A DNA stretch of 64,000 nt, taken from the NCBI GenBank assembly GCA_963664245.1, contig OY760934.1, positions 232,242 to 296,241 of the forward strand, in the 5' to 3' direction. Of the stretch, positions 9,299-18,174 are shown one piece after another. Position 1 is the first letter of the stretch; every line of letters starts with the position of its first letter. Source of the DNA: Bacteroidales bacterium. Its GTDB lineage: Bacteria > Bacteroidota > Bacteroidia > Bacteroidales > GCA-2711565. A program made the translations under genes and the position numbers. Below the pieces are notes generated by a model. It did no database searches. It was not told the origin of the DNA and saw only the letters and a list, made by a program, of their open reading frames with translations.

Positions 9299-10998
9299 TG
9301 TGTCTGTTGCACAAAGGCATTAAAATAAATAAATTGCAATTTGGTTAATACTTTTTTTCATCCCTAATAATTCAGGTTTTGATTACTTTATGCATTTAAT
9401 TTCAATAAAAAAGGCTTGAATAGCATTATATGAAGCGAAAAAACCAGCAATTTGCTCATATATATAGGCCATTTGAGCCTTTACCTTGGTCTCGTACTTA
9501 TTGACATTATATTTTAGTAATTTCTTCAAGTTATAAGCACAGGCAGCCATGTGAACCACTTTATTGGCTTGGGCAATACCCAAAGTATTGATTTTTCGTA
9601 ATCCCAGGTATTGAGTAAGGTTTCCCCAAGCTGGTTCTACTGTTGATTGCCGTTTACCCTTCATTTTTCTGCCCCATTTACTATTTACCCTCTCATTATT
9701 CCGTATGTATTCATCCAAATAGGCTGTTATTGCGATCTTTTTTTCATGAGACTTTCCGATACATACACTTCTGCTGGGGCAATCTTTACAATCGCTTCGC
9801 CGGGTATAGTAATGGTTTTGTAAAGAGTCATTGCTATGCTTTTGCTTTTTAAATATTACCCTTTTGCCTTGTGGGCATAACCAATAGTTTTGTTCCTTTA
9901 TAAAAGTAAAACCCTCTGGGCCACCTTTAAACGTTCCATGTTTTGGAATGTAACTAAGTATATGTTCTTGTTCCAGAAACTGATAATTATCTCCGCTACT
10001 ATAACCAGCATCAGCTAGAATATTAGTCCATAACAGCCCTAATCTCCATAAACGCTTATGGGTTCTCTTAACGATATCTTGTAAGTTCTTGCTGTCCACT
10101 CTATCGGCATGATAAGCCTGTACATCACTTATTACATTGAAGGCCGTATCTACGGTAATGTTCCCGTGATAGTTTAGCTTACGGGATTTTCCCGGCTTTA
10201 CACTAATGCGAGCATCAGGATCGGTAGGACTATAATGGGTTTTGTTACTGGTGTATTTAGAACGCTTAGAATTAGCCCCTTGCCGCGTGTTTTGGGTTGT
10301 TTTCCATTTTTTCTGCCGTGCTGCTATTTCATTAAGTTCATCTTTATTTGCAGAAACCTGTCTTTGTGCCAGGTTTGCTTTATTCTTTTTTGCTTTTCGT
10401 ATTGGTTGTTGGTCTCCATTGGAGATAGCCCTTATTCTGGTTAAATATTCTTCCAGCTCTTCTTCTGGTACTTTTAGCTCTAAGCTATCCATACTTGCAT
10501 TGGCTTTAATAGGAGCAGAATCGGTTGCTTGGGTATGCCCACTCACAAGCCCACTATCAACACATAAAGCAAATATCTTTGTAAAAACAGTTTCAAAGAC
10601 ACCCTCTGGAAATAACTGGCGAGTACGGCTAACAGTACTATGCCACGGTAAGGGTTCATCTATATTATATCCAAGAAAATACAAAATATCTAAACGCATG
10701 GAGCAATGTGCTATCAACTTACGATCACTTACAATATTTTCTAAATAGCCAACAATGCATAATTTAAAAAAGACACGCGGGTCTATACTTTTTTGTCCAC
10801 AACCACCATAATATGGCGCAGTTTGTTTGAGGAGAAAATCCAAATTCAGGATCGACTTTAACCTACGGTAAAAGTTCTGCTCTGGCACAACCTGGCTTAG
10901 TTGGAAACTGACAAATAGTTTTTCTTGGTATTCTTTATTCCCTTGCATGACGTAAGTTAATAATATTTTGCCTATTTCTTTGTTGTGCAACAGTTACA
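9299..10998 (-). mobile_element. IS1182-like insertion sequence (~1.7 kb)
   Basis: Terminal inverted repeats TGTGTCTGTTGCACAA (9299-9314) and TTGTGCAACAGTTACA (10983-10998), with an 11-nt perfect core CTGTTGCACAA. Single transposase ORF. TGTGT occurs at 9299-9303 and 10999-11003, which is either a 5-bp target duplication or part of the IR. Confidence 0.75.
9383..10948 (-). CDS. IS1182/IS5-type DDE transposase
   Basis: N-terminal MQGNKEYQEKLFVSFQLSQVVPEQNFYRRLK ... DPRVFFKLCIVGYLENI, typical of IS1182-group transposases. DDE region around ADAGYSSGDNY. The ATG at 10948 is preferred over the TTG at 10990 in the ORF track. Confidence 0.85.
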   Translation of the reverse strand: MQGNKEYQEKLFVSFQLSQVVPEQNFYRRLKSILNLDFLLKQTAPYYGGCGQKSIDPRVFFKLCIVGYLENIVSDRKLIAHCSMRLDILYFLGYNIDEPLPWHSTVSRTRQLFPEGVFETVFTKIFALCVDSGLVSGHTQATDSAPIKANASMDSLELKVPEEELEEYLTRIRAISNGDQQPIRKAKKNKANLAQRQVSANKDELNEIAARQKKWKTTQNTRQGANSKRSKYTSNKTHYSPTDPDARISVKPGKSRKLNYHGNITVDTAFNVISDVQAYHADRVDSKNLQDIVKRTHKRLWRLGLLWTNILADAGYSSGDNYQFLEQEHILSYIPKHGTFKGGPEGFTFIKEQNYWLCPQGKRVIFKKQKHSNDSLQNHYYTRRSDCKDCPSRSVCIGKSHEKKIAITAYLDEYIRNNERVNSKWGRKMKGKRQSTVEPAWGNLTQYLGLRKINTLGIAQANKVVHMAACAYNLKKLLKYNVNKYETKVKAQMAYIYEQIAGFFASYNAIQAFFIEIKCIK

Positions 10999-11001
10999 TG
11001 T

Positions 11002-11016
11002 GTTGGCTGCTGGGTT
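11002..11016. repeat. Cassette-1 inverted repeat, 3' arm
   Basis: GTTGGCTGCTGGGTT ends 1 nt before the stop codon (11017-11019). Its partner is the rc of 12373-12387, GTTGGCTGCAAGTTT (12/15 identical, first 9 perfect). Confidence 0.55.
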
Positions 11017-12345
11017 TTATAGTAATTGTTTTAATTCTTCCCTTATCACCGAAGGTTTTTCTGCTGTCGCATCGATAATAAATCCTTTATCATCAATCAA
11101 AATATATCTCGGAAAAGCTTTTGCATTATAATCATCATTAAATTTATGTGTTGCCCCTTCAGTACAAAGATTAATGGTATTTAATTCAAATTCTTTTATT
11201 TTACTTAACCATTTTTCTTTGTCATTATCAGCTGATATCGATACAAAAATGATATTTTCATTCTTCAATTCATCAGAAAGCTTTTTCATTTCGGGCATCT
11301 CTCTTATGCAAGGTCCACAAAATGAGCTCCAACAATCTATGTATACAAATTTACCCAGAAAGTCCGAAAGCTTAACAATATTTCCGTTGTTATCTATTAT
11401 CTCAAATTCAGGAGCCTTTTTTCCTGTTGCAAGCTTGCTCCAATTATTATATTTCCCTGTCAGGTAATCTTTTTGTCCTTTGTCTTTCATAATTGCCAGA
11501 AAGTCATCGCATATACTATCAATTCCATCAATACCATTAAGATTTATTTGACTATTAATCTCTCTGAGCATTATATCTTCGAATATTTCTCTTTCAGTAA
11601 ATATTTCCTTTGCAAGAGTGTATTTGTCATTTAATTCTTTTGCCCTGAAATCTAAATAAGATATTAAAGTTGACTTGTAATCATTGAATTTGAAGAGTTC
11701 TTTATTGTTAGTTTCTATCTGGTCAGTGAATTTGTAATAATTATCAGGAAGTTCAGGTTTAATTTTAGTGAGCATCTCATAAAAACCTGGATACCCAAAT
11801 TGTTGGTTAATCCAAAAGTAATTGATAAGCAGATTTTCTGTGTTGTAGAAAGAATTAGATATTTTGGGATTCAATTTTTGGTAATCATTCAAATGTTTTA
11901 TTCTAATCTGCTTAACACTATCTATTTTTTCTATAAATTTTTCAGGCTCAGAAGAAAACAGAGCAATATCAATTTTTCTTGGGTCGTCAAATCCTAAATC
12001 CATTATTAAGTTCATTTTCTTATATAAAAACTCACTTTCTTCAAAACCAAGCCCGGAAAATTGAATTTGTTTAGACCTTTCATAATCTATAAAAATGCTA
12101 TCACCAAATTCTACAAAAAGAGGAATCCACTCATCTAATTTCAAGTCAATGTAATTTTCTGCTCTAATATTAAAACTAAATCTACCATTAACAATAGTAT
12201 CCATGTAAGTTGAATCAGCTGTTTTTACTTCTGCAATTGCTACTTCAGAATTCCTCAAAAAACCAACAATCTTGATTGTGCGATTGTCTTTATTACTGCA
12301 TCCCAAAATCAAGATACATAAGCTTAAAATCAATAATTTTCTCAT
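11017..12345 (-). CDS. Thioredoxin-fold (TlpA/ResA-like) lipoprotein
   Basis: Lipoprotein signal MRKLLILSLCILILGCS. C-terminal thioredoxin fold with CxxC motif WSSFCGPC. AT-rich. Confidence 0.75.
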   Translation of the reverse strand: MRKLLILSLCILILGCSNKDNRTIKIVGFLRNSEVAIAEVKTADSTYMDTIVNGRFSFNIRAENYIDLKLDEWIPLFVEFGDSIFIDYERSKQIQFSGLGFEESEFLYKKMNLIMDLGFDDPRKIDIALFSSEPEKFIEKIDSVKQIRIKHLNDYQKLNPKISNSFYNTENLLINYFWINQQFGYPGFYEMLTKIKPELPDNYYKFTDQIETNNKELFKFNDYKSTLISYLDFRAKELNDKYTLAKEIFTEREIFEDIMLREINSQINLNGIDGIDSICDDFLAIMKDKGQKDYLTGKYNNWSKLATGKKAPEFEIIDNNGNIVKLSDFLGKFVYIDCWSSFCGPCIREMPEMKKLSDELKNENIIFVSISADNDKEKWLSKIKEFELNTINLCTEGATHKFNDDYNAKAFPRYILIDDKGFIIDATAEKPSVIREELKQLL

Positions 12346-12372
12346 AATTATATTTTTTGTAGGATGTTTCTT

Positions 12373-12387
12373 AAACTTGCAGCCAAC
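12373..12387. repeat. Cassette-1 inverted repeat, 5' arm
   Basis: aaacttgcagccaac is the rc of GTTGGCTGCAAGTTT. Lies 28 nt upstream of the ATG at 12345. Confidence 0.55.
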
Positions 12388-12520
12388 TTATATATAAACC
12401 AGTGTGTGTTATTTTACTTATATATTTCAATAATTCTCCTGGTGAATTAATCAAAAATTATCAACCCAAATGCTGGGGAGAAGCATTTTCCACAAAATCA
12501 AATATAAGAAATTTTATTAA
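12383..12520 (-). promoter_or_regulatory. Promoter + 5' leader module L1
   Basis: On the minus strand there is a -7 box TATATTTG (12499-12506). Next comes the hairpin AAATGCT-TCTCCCC-AGCATTT (12468-12488). The proximal 49 nt (12383-12431) are about 41/49 identical to 22171-22220. Confidence 0.55.
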
Positions 12521-12529
12521 ACCAAGTCC

Positions 12530-13114
12530 TTAGTAATGTGCCGAATAATGCTTGGGGTCAACGATTTCGCGGTATTTATCGATAATTTTTTTAAAATCTT
12601 CCCATACCGGGCGTTTCAGGTTTTGGTTTCGCAACAGGGCCGATGGGTGGTAAGTGGGCATTGCCAGGCGGTTTTGCCAGTTTATCCAGTTTCCCCGGAG
12701 CTGGGTGATTTTTGCATTTGGATCAACCAGCCCCTTAAGTGCGGTTGCTCCCAGTAAAATAATAATTTTAGGGTTGATGATTTCAATTTGTTGGTATAAG
12801 TAAGGAACACAGGCTTCCCGCTCTTGCGGCAGGGGATCGCGATTGTTGGGTGGCCTGCACTTTACAATGTTGGCAATAAAAAGGTGCTTGTCGCGCTGAA
12901 ACCCGCAGGCTCCCAAAATTTTGTCCAGCAGTTGCCCCGATTTCCCGACAAAAGTTTTGCCCTGCATGTCTTCGTGGTATCCCGGGCCTTCGCTAATTAG
13001 CATGATTTCTGCCTCCGGGTTTCCATCGCCAAAAACAATATTGTTTCGTTGTCGGTGCAGCTCGCATTTTTCGCAACCGGAGACCTGTTCGCGTAATATT
13101 TCCAGTTTATCCAT
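12530..13114 (-). CDS. Uracil-DNA glycosylase, family 4
   Basis: GDGNPEAEIMLISEGPGYHED, Cys ligands CEKCELH and KCRPP, C-terminal HPSALLR. Confidence 0.85.
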   Translation of the reverse strand: MDKLEILREQVSGCEKCELHRQRNNIVFGDGNPEAEIMLISEGPGYHEDMQGKTFVGKSGQLLDKILGACGFQRDKHLFIANIVKCRPPNNRDPLPQEREACVPYLYQQIEIINPKIIILLGATALKGLVDPNAKITQLRGNWINWQNRLAMPTYHPSALLRNQNLKRPVWEDFKKIIDKYREIVDPKHYSAHY

Positions 13115-13964
13115 GCGTTTGAGTGTTTATTTCTTTAAGTATGATAGACCCGTTTTTAACGCCGATGTGGCGGGCAATGACGGCACATTTTGCCTTCAGT
13201 AAAAAGAACACCTGCCGGTTGCAGCCCGACAACCCTTCAAAGTTTCCCTGCCCTTTACTGATGACCATGTCGGCACGGTTAAAGCGGTATAAAAAATCAG
13301 GGTTGGCGTGGTTCAGGATTATCCCGGGCGACTGGTTTCCCGATTCAATAATTTCAGCAACCTCGTCAATGCCCGAAGCAATGGCCTCGGCCGTGGTTAC
13401 ATCATTGATAATGGGTTTGGAGCGCACCACGTATTGAACCGGTTTGTGGAGCTCTTTAATTAATATTTTATCGAAAACCGACTCGCCGCAATTGTCTCCA
13501 AGGTAAAGAACTTGTTTTGCTTTTTTTAAGCTGTTTTTAAACGCATCATAATCAAAAATGGCAAACTCCTGTTGCAGTATTTTTTTTACATCGCTTACGA
13601 TGTCAAACTCATGGTTTACGCCCAGGTCGATGATGTTTCCTGCAATGGCAATTTTGATGGCCGTAAGCAGCCGGTCGTCCGATTGCTTAACCATGTCTTC
13701 TAGTTCCGGGTAAATTGATTTTGCCTCTTCAATATGTTGTTCTTTGATTTTTTTGTAAGGATCAGCTACCCCGGTAACTTCGCTGACAATTTTATACACC
13801 ATGGTTCCGGTTTCGGCAGGCGTGCTTTGCAACGATATGGTTTTTATCATTTCCCCGGTTCTGTCCAGAATTTCTTTCATCTTTTCTTCATCGTTTGTTG
13901 CTATTCGTCCTGCACGAAGTGCCTGGTGAACAAAGCAGGGGATACAGTCAAGGTAAGTATTCAT
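13107..13964 (-). CDS. DUF89/ARMT1-like damage-control phosphatase family protein
   Basis: N-terminus MNTYLDCIPCFVHQALRAGR and overall length are typical of DUF89 proteins. Overlaps the UDG start by 8 nt. Confidence 0.7.
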   Translation of the reverse strand: MNTYLDCIPCFVHQALRAGRIATNDEEKMKEILDRTGEMIKTISLQSTPAETGTMVYKIVSEVTGVADPYKKIKEQHIEEAKSIYPELEDMVKQSDDRLLTAIKIAIAGNIIDLGVNHEFDIVSDVKKILQQEFAIFDYDAFKNSLKKAKQVLYLGDNCGESVFDKILIKELHKPVQYVVRSKPIINDVTTAEAIASGIDEVAEIIESGNQSPGIILNHANPDFLYRFNRADMVISKGQGNFEGLSGCNRQVFFLLKAKCAVIARHIGVKNGSIILKEINTQTHG

Positions 13965-14090
13965 TTTTATTTATGCGTTTTGTTGGAAGAATATTAAATT
14001 CTCCTGAAATATTTTCAAAGATACTGAATCCGCTCCTTTTTTCAGGAGTTTCGTTTAACTTCTTTGCTTGGGAATTGTGTGAAGCTTGGT

Positions 14091-14801
14091 TTAAATCGGT
14101 TTGAAATCTTTCTTTGTTACGCCACAAATCGGGCACATCCAATCGTCGGGGATGTCTTCAAATTCGGTTCCGGGAGAAATGCCCGAGTCGGGATCCCCAA
14201 CATCTGGATCGTAAATCCACCCGCAAACAATACATTGATAAAGTTGTTTTTCGCCGGAGGACTTTTTTTTATCTTCAAATTTTTTTTCTTCCCGGTCGCC
14301 AAGGTAGGTTGGGGCGTTTTTAGGAGATACCCCCTTAATGACTTTTCGGTAGTGATCGTAGGTCAGTGGGGGGGCATCATCATCCAACAAATCATAATCA
14401 ATCAATTCGCCGATGAATAATAGGTGTGTGCCTACGTCTATGGTGTCGGTTACTTTACATTCGAACCAGGCAATGCATTTGTCGGTAATAATGGGCGAAC
14501 CAGTTTCCCCTGTTTTGTAGTTGATATTTTCAAATTTATTGATCTCTTTACCGCTCTTAAATCCCCAGGGGCCTAAGAATTCAAGGTCAACATCTTGTTG
14601 TAGCACTGAAATACTAAAGGCTTTGCTTTTCTCGATGACCCCAGTGGTTTGGTTGTTTTTGTTGGTGGCAATGGCAAATTTGGGCGGGGTGGCCGTAACC
14701 TGGAACACCGTGTTTGAAACGTGCCCGGTTTTTTCTTCGCCATGGGCTGATGATACAATGTAAAGTCCGTAAGTAAGTTTGAAAAAAGCGTCGATGTTCA
14801 T
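14091..14801 (-). CDS. Flavin reductase-like domain fused to a C-terminal rubredoxin
   Basis: The C-terminus [12 protein letters not shown] ... DDWMCPICG carries two CxxC pairs of the rubredoxin type. The N-terminal ~160 aa are flavin reductase-like. Confidence 0.8.
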   Translation of the reverse strand: MNIDAFFKLTYGLYIVSSAHGEEKTGHVSNTVFQVTATPPKFAIATNKNNQTTGVIEKSKAFSISVLQQDVDLEFLGPWGFKSGKEINKFENINYKTGETGSPIITDKCIAWFECKVTDTIDVGTHLLFIGELIDYDLLDDDAPPLTYDHYRKVIKGVSPKNAPTYLGDREEKKFEDKKKSSGEKQLYQCIVCGWIYDPDVGDPDSGISPGTEFEDIPDDWMCPICGVTKKDFKPI

Positions 14802-14867
14802 GTTGCTGATGTTTGATTTTTACTAAGATAATCCTTTTTGATTAAAAGGAAGGGAAAGTTTCAGTAA

Positions 14868-14908
14868 GCAGCGGCAGTGAATATGTCCTGACTGTATGGT
14901 GCCGCTGC
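14868..14908 (-). terminator. Hairpin downstream of the glutathione peroxidase gene
   Basis: GCAGCGGCA ... TGCCGCTGC, a 9-bp GC-rich stem with a 23-nt loop and no U-tract. Confidence 0.4.
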
Positions 14909-14923
14909 CTCCTGTTTACTCGT

Positions 14924-15448
14924 TTAATCAGCGGTAATAAAGTCTATGATTTTTTGATCCATCGGGCTTTTCTTGGGATGTAAAAAATCTACAATCTTCC
15001 CTTCTTCATCAATTAAATATTTTTGGAAATTCCACAAAACTTCCGATTGCGTTGATTCGGTTAGCCATTTGTAAAGCGGATGTATGTCTTTTCCTCTTAC
15101 GGAAATCTTGGCCATCATCGGAAAGCTAACTCCATAGTTTAGCTGACAGAACTCTTTTATTTCCTCGTTACTGCCGGGTTCCTGGCTTAAAAAATTATTT
15201 GCCGGAAAACCGATGATTACAAGATTTTGATCCTTGTATTTTTTGTAAAGAGCTTCAAGTTCTTTGTACTGTGGGGTTAATCCGCACTTTGAAGCGGTGT
15301 TCACCACCAGTACTTTTTTGCCTTTTAGTTGTGCTAAATCGTAATCTTTCCCGTCGATGGATTTTACGGTGAAATCGTGTAAAGATTGTTGAGCTTGTGC
15401 GCCTGTAACCACACTTAATATTATTATCATCGTTATAAGTTTTTTCAT
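14924..15448 (-). CDS. Glutathione peroxidase (secreted/periplasmic)
   Basis: VVNTASKCGLTPQY catalytic block, IIGFPANNF. Signal peptide MKKLITMIIILSVVTGAQA starts at the ATG at 15448; the track start at 15469 is a TTG. Confidence 0.85.
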   Translation of the reverse strand: MKKLITMIIILSVVTGAQAQQSLHDFTVKSIDGKDYDLAQLKGKKVLVVNTASKCGLTPQYKELEALYKKYKDQNLVIIGFPANNFLSQEPGSNEEIKEFCQLNYGVSFPMMAKISVRGKDIHPLYKWLTESTQSEVLWNFQKYLIDEEGKIVDFLHPKKSPMDQKIIDFITAD

Positions 15449-15551
15449 TGTTGTTTTAAGTTTTATCAAAGATACTAATTATTTAGAATAGTTATAAATA
15501 AAATTATTAAACGGATGGCTAATCTATACTTTAAATAATTATTTTTGCAGC

Positions 15552-16850
15552 ATGATACGACTGCATAAACTCGATTTAAACCCGCTTGAAAAACAAAGCT
15601 TTAGACTGCATACTATTTATACTTTGTTGGAAGGGGTAATCCTTGGTGTGCTAGCTTTAAACGAATTTGTGTTTCTGAAAAGTTTGAAGGGCTCAAACCT
15701 GCAATTGGGAGTATTGTTTCAATTTTCGACCGTGGTTTTTGTTTTCCTTTTGTTTATTAACGAGTTTATACGCAGAACCAAGAACCGCAAGCGGCTGGTT
15801 TTTATGGTTGGCTTGCTCACCCGTTTACCCTTGTTTTTTCTGATCCTTTTTCCGAGATCGTCAACATCTCTGGATGGAAACTCGCTATATCATTACATAT
15901 TTTTGGCAATTTTCCTGGTTTATTATTTAGGGAACCCCGTGATTTACCCAACCATCAATTTTTTACTGAAATCGAATTACCGCCATGAAAATTTCAGCCG
16001 TTTATACAGCATCTCTACATCTTTGAATAAGTTTGTAATGTTGGTGATAACCTTTGTATATGGCCTTTGGCTGGATGCCGACAATTATATTTTTGTGTAT
16101 GTTTTTCCGCTGATCTCAATCCTTGGCGTGTTTTCGGTGTTTCTGTTGACCCGTATTCAGTTTCCTACTGAAGAACCCGAAACGATCCGAAGATCCATTC
16201 TTCAGTCTGTGCTGCAATCCGGGAAAAATATGTATAAGATATTGAAAGAAAATGTGCCGTATCGCCATTTTGAAGCGGGTTTTATGCTGTATGGATTTGC
16301 CTTTATGTTTACCTATCCCATTTTGTACATCTATTTTTACGATCACCTGAATTTGAACTACTCCAGCGTTGCTTTTTACCGGAACGCCTATAATATTGTG
16401 GCTATCGCGATATTGCCCTTCTTCGGGAAGTTGATGGGAAAAATTGATCCGCGCATGTTTGGCGTTATCACTTATACTTCCCTTGGCTTGTATATTTTCT
16501 TTTTGGCTCTTACTAGCTATGTTCCTTATTGTTTTGATTTTTGGAACATTACATTGTATTATTCGTTAATTGCGTATATTGTATTCCACGGGGTGTTTGC
16601 CGCAAGCATGGTTTTGTTGTGGAACATTGGTTCGTCCTATTTCTGCAAACCCCATGAAGCCGGGACTTACCAATCGTTGCATTTATCGTTGGTAGGGGCA
16701 CGAGCCATTATTGCGCCATTGTTTGGAGTGTTCTTTTATGAATTATTTGGCTACACGGCTACCTTTGGCTTGTCTATTTTATTTGTGATAGCTGCGGTGT
16801 TCATTATGTACTGGTCGTATCGACGGGAAGAATGTACCTGTAAAAAGTAA
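15552..16850 (+). CDS. Polytopic membrane transporter, probably MFS
   Basis: About 12 predicted hydrophobic helices in 432 aa. No diagnostic motif confirmed. Confidence 0.55.
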   Translation: MIRLHKLDLNPLEKQSFRLHTIYTLLEGVILGVLALNEFVFLKSLKGSNLQLGVLFQFSTVVFVFLLFINEFIRRTKNRKRLVFMVGLLTRLPLFFLILFPRSSTSLDGNSLYHYIFLAIFLVYYLGNPVIYPTINFLLKSNYRHENFSRLYSISTSLNKFVMLVITFVYGLWLDADNYIFVYVFPLISILGVFSVFLLTRIQFPTEEPETIRRSILQSVLQSGKNMYKILKENVPYRHFEAGFMLYGFAFMFTYPILYIYFYDHLNLNYSSVAFYRNAYNIVAIAILPFFGKLMGKIDPRMFGVITYTSLGLYIFFLALTSYVPYCFDFWNITLYYSLIAYIVFHGVFAASMVLLWNIGSSYFCKPHEAGTYQSLHLSLVGARAIIAPLFGVFFYELFGYTATFGLSILFVIAAVFIMYWSYRREECTCKK

Positions 16851-16922
16851 AATCCGGGATCATTTATAGTTAATCATTATATTTGGACATTGATTAATAA
16901 TGTGCGATTTTTGCCCTTTCCT

Positions 16923-18140
16923 ATGAAAAATAAATCACTGTTAAAGATTATTGGACCCGGCATTGTTGTGGCTGCAACCGGCGTAGGAGCTGGCGATCTT
17001 GTTGCTGCTGCGCTATCGGGAGCCGAATACGGTTATGTTTTGCTTTGGGCTGCCGTTTTGGGCGGGGTGCTAAAATATGTTTTAAATGAAGGGATTTCCC
17101 GCTATCAGTTGGTTAGTGGAGAGAGCCTTTTAAATGGTTGGAAAAATCACCTGCCTTCTTTTGTCTCGTGGTATTTTTTGGTGTATTTGTTTTTGTGGAG
17201 CTTTATTGTTTCCGGTGCCTTGATGGCTGCCTGCGGATTAGCTGCACATGCGCTGCTTCCTGCATTAAATGTAACCCAATGGGGAATTATCCATTCGCTT
17301 ATCGCCTTAGCTATTGTGTTTGTAGGCCATTATAAATTGGTCGAAAAACTGATGCGTTTGTTCATTGCCCTGATGTTTGTTGTTACCATTGTTTCGGCAG
17401 TGTTGATTGCTCCGGATCTGAATGAAATTTTTAAAGGGATTTTTATTCCCACTGTTCCGCCCAATTCTGTAAAATTTATTTTAGGTGTTATTGGAGGTGT
17501 AGGTGGAAGTGTTACCCTGCTGAGTTATGGTTATTGGATGCGTGAAAAAAAATGGGAGGGACAATCTTTTTTGAAAAGAAGCCGAATTGATTTGGGAGTG
17601 GCTTATACTTTGACAGCTGTTTTTGGAGTGGCTATTATGATTATTTCTGCCGGGGTAAAACCCGAAGTGATGAAAGGGAGCGAAATGGTGATTGCTTTGG
17701 CAGAGAAAATGGGAAGTGTAAGCGGGAATTTTGGGAAATGGATTTTTTTGTTCGGATTTTGGGGCGCGGTATTTTCTTCCATGATTGGTGTTTGGCAAGG
17801 CGTTCCATGTCTTTTTGCCGATTTTTACAGCCAATATAATCCCTCAACTAAAAATGAAGGGGATTATACCAGCAGGAAATCATATCAATATTTTTTACTT
17901 TTTCTGGCCATCCCGCCAATGATTTTATTATTTGCTAGCAAACCAGTTTGGCTGATTATTTTATATGCTGTTTCCGGTTCTTTCTTTATGCCTTTTTTGG
18001 CAATCACGCTTTTGATCCTTAATAACAAATTTAAGTTGCTAAAAAAAGAGGTGAACTCCTGGTTGGTTAATGCCCTCTTAGGACTTTCGCTGGCCGTATT
18101 TATTTACTTGTTGGTTGTTGAGATCCTTTCGAGGTTTTAG
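16923..18140 (+). CDS. Nramp-family divalent metal transporter
   Basis: IIGPGIVVAATGVGAGDL N-terminal Nramp motif; about 11 TM helices. The ATG at 16923 is preferred over the TTG at 16890. Confidence 0.8.
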   Translation: MKNKSLLKIIGPGIVVAATGVGAGDLVAAALSGAEYGYVLLWAAVLGGVLKYVLNEGISRYQLVSGESLLNGWKNHLPSFVSWYFLVYLFLWSFIVSGALMAACGLAAHALLPALNVTQWGIIHSLIALAIVFVGHYKLVEKLMRLFIALMFVVTIVSAVLIAPDLNEIFKGIFIPTVPPNSVKFILGVIGGVGGSVTLLSYGYWMREKKWEGQSFLKRSRIDLGVAYTLTAVFGVAIMIISAGVKPEVMKGSEMVIALAEKMGSVSGNFGKWIFLFGFWGAVFSSMIGVWQGVPCLFADFYSQYNPSTKNEGDYTSRKSYQYFLLFLAIPPMILLFASKPVWLIILYAVSGSFFMPFLAITLLILNNKFKLLKKEVNSWLVNALLGLSLAVFIYLLVVEILSRF

Positions 18141-18174
18141 GTTCGCACTAATAGCTAAAGATTAAAACTTATTG

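Noticed and set aside
10242-10748. Long antisense or alternative-frame ORFs in the track (for example 10242-10748, 6207-6563, 36961-37482, 47940-48425, 51578-52165, 61264-61653)
   Set aside because: They lie entirely inside longer ORFs with clear family motifs on the other strand or frame. They have low-complexity or odd composition and no recognisable motifs, which is typical of shadow ORFs.
9135-12520. Calling the repeats a classical integron cassette array
   Set aside because: There is no intI integrase and no attI. There is only one attC-like element per gene, with conservation extending beyond the putative R' box. The R'' boxes match the consensus only 5-6/7, and each cassette has its own promoter. 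It is kept only as one low-probability hypothesis within the findings.
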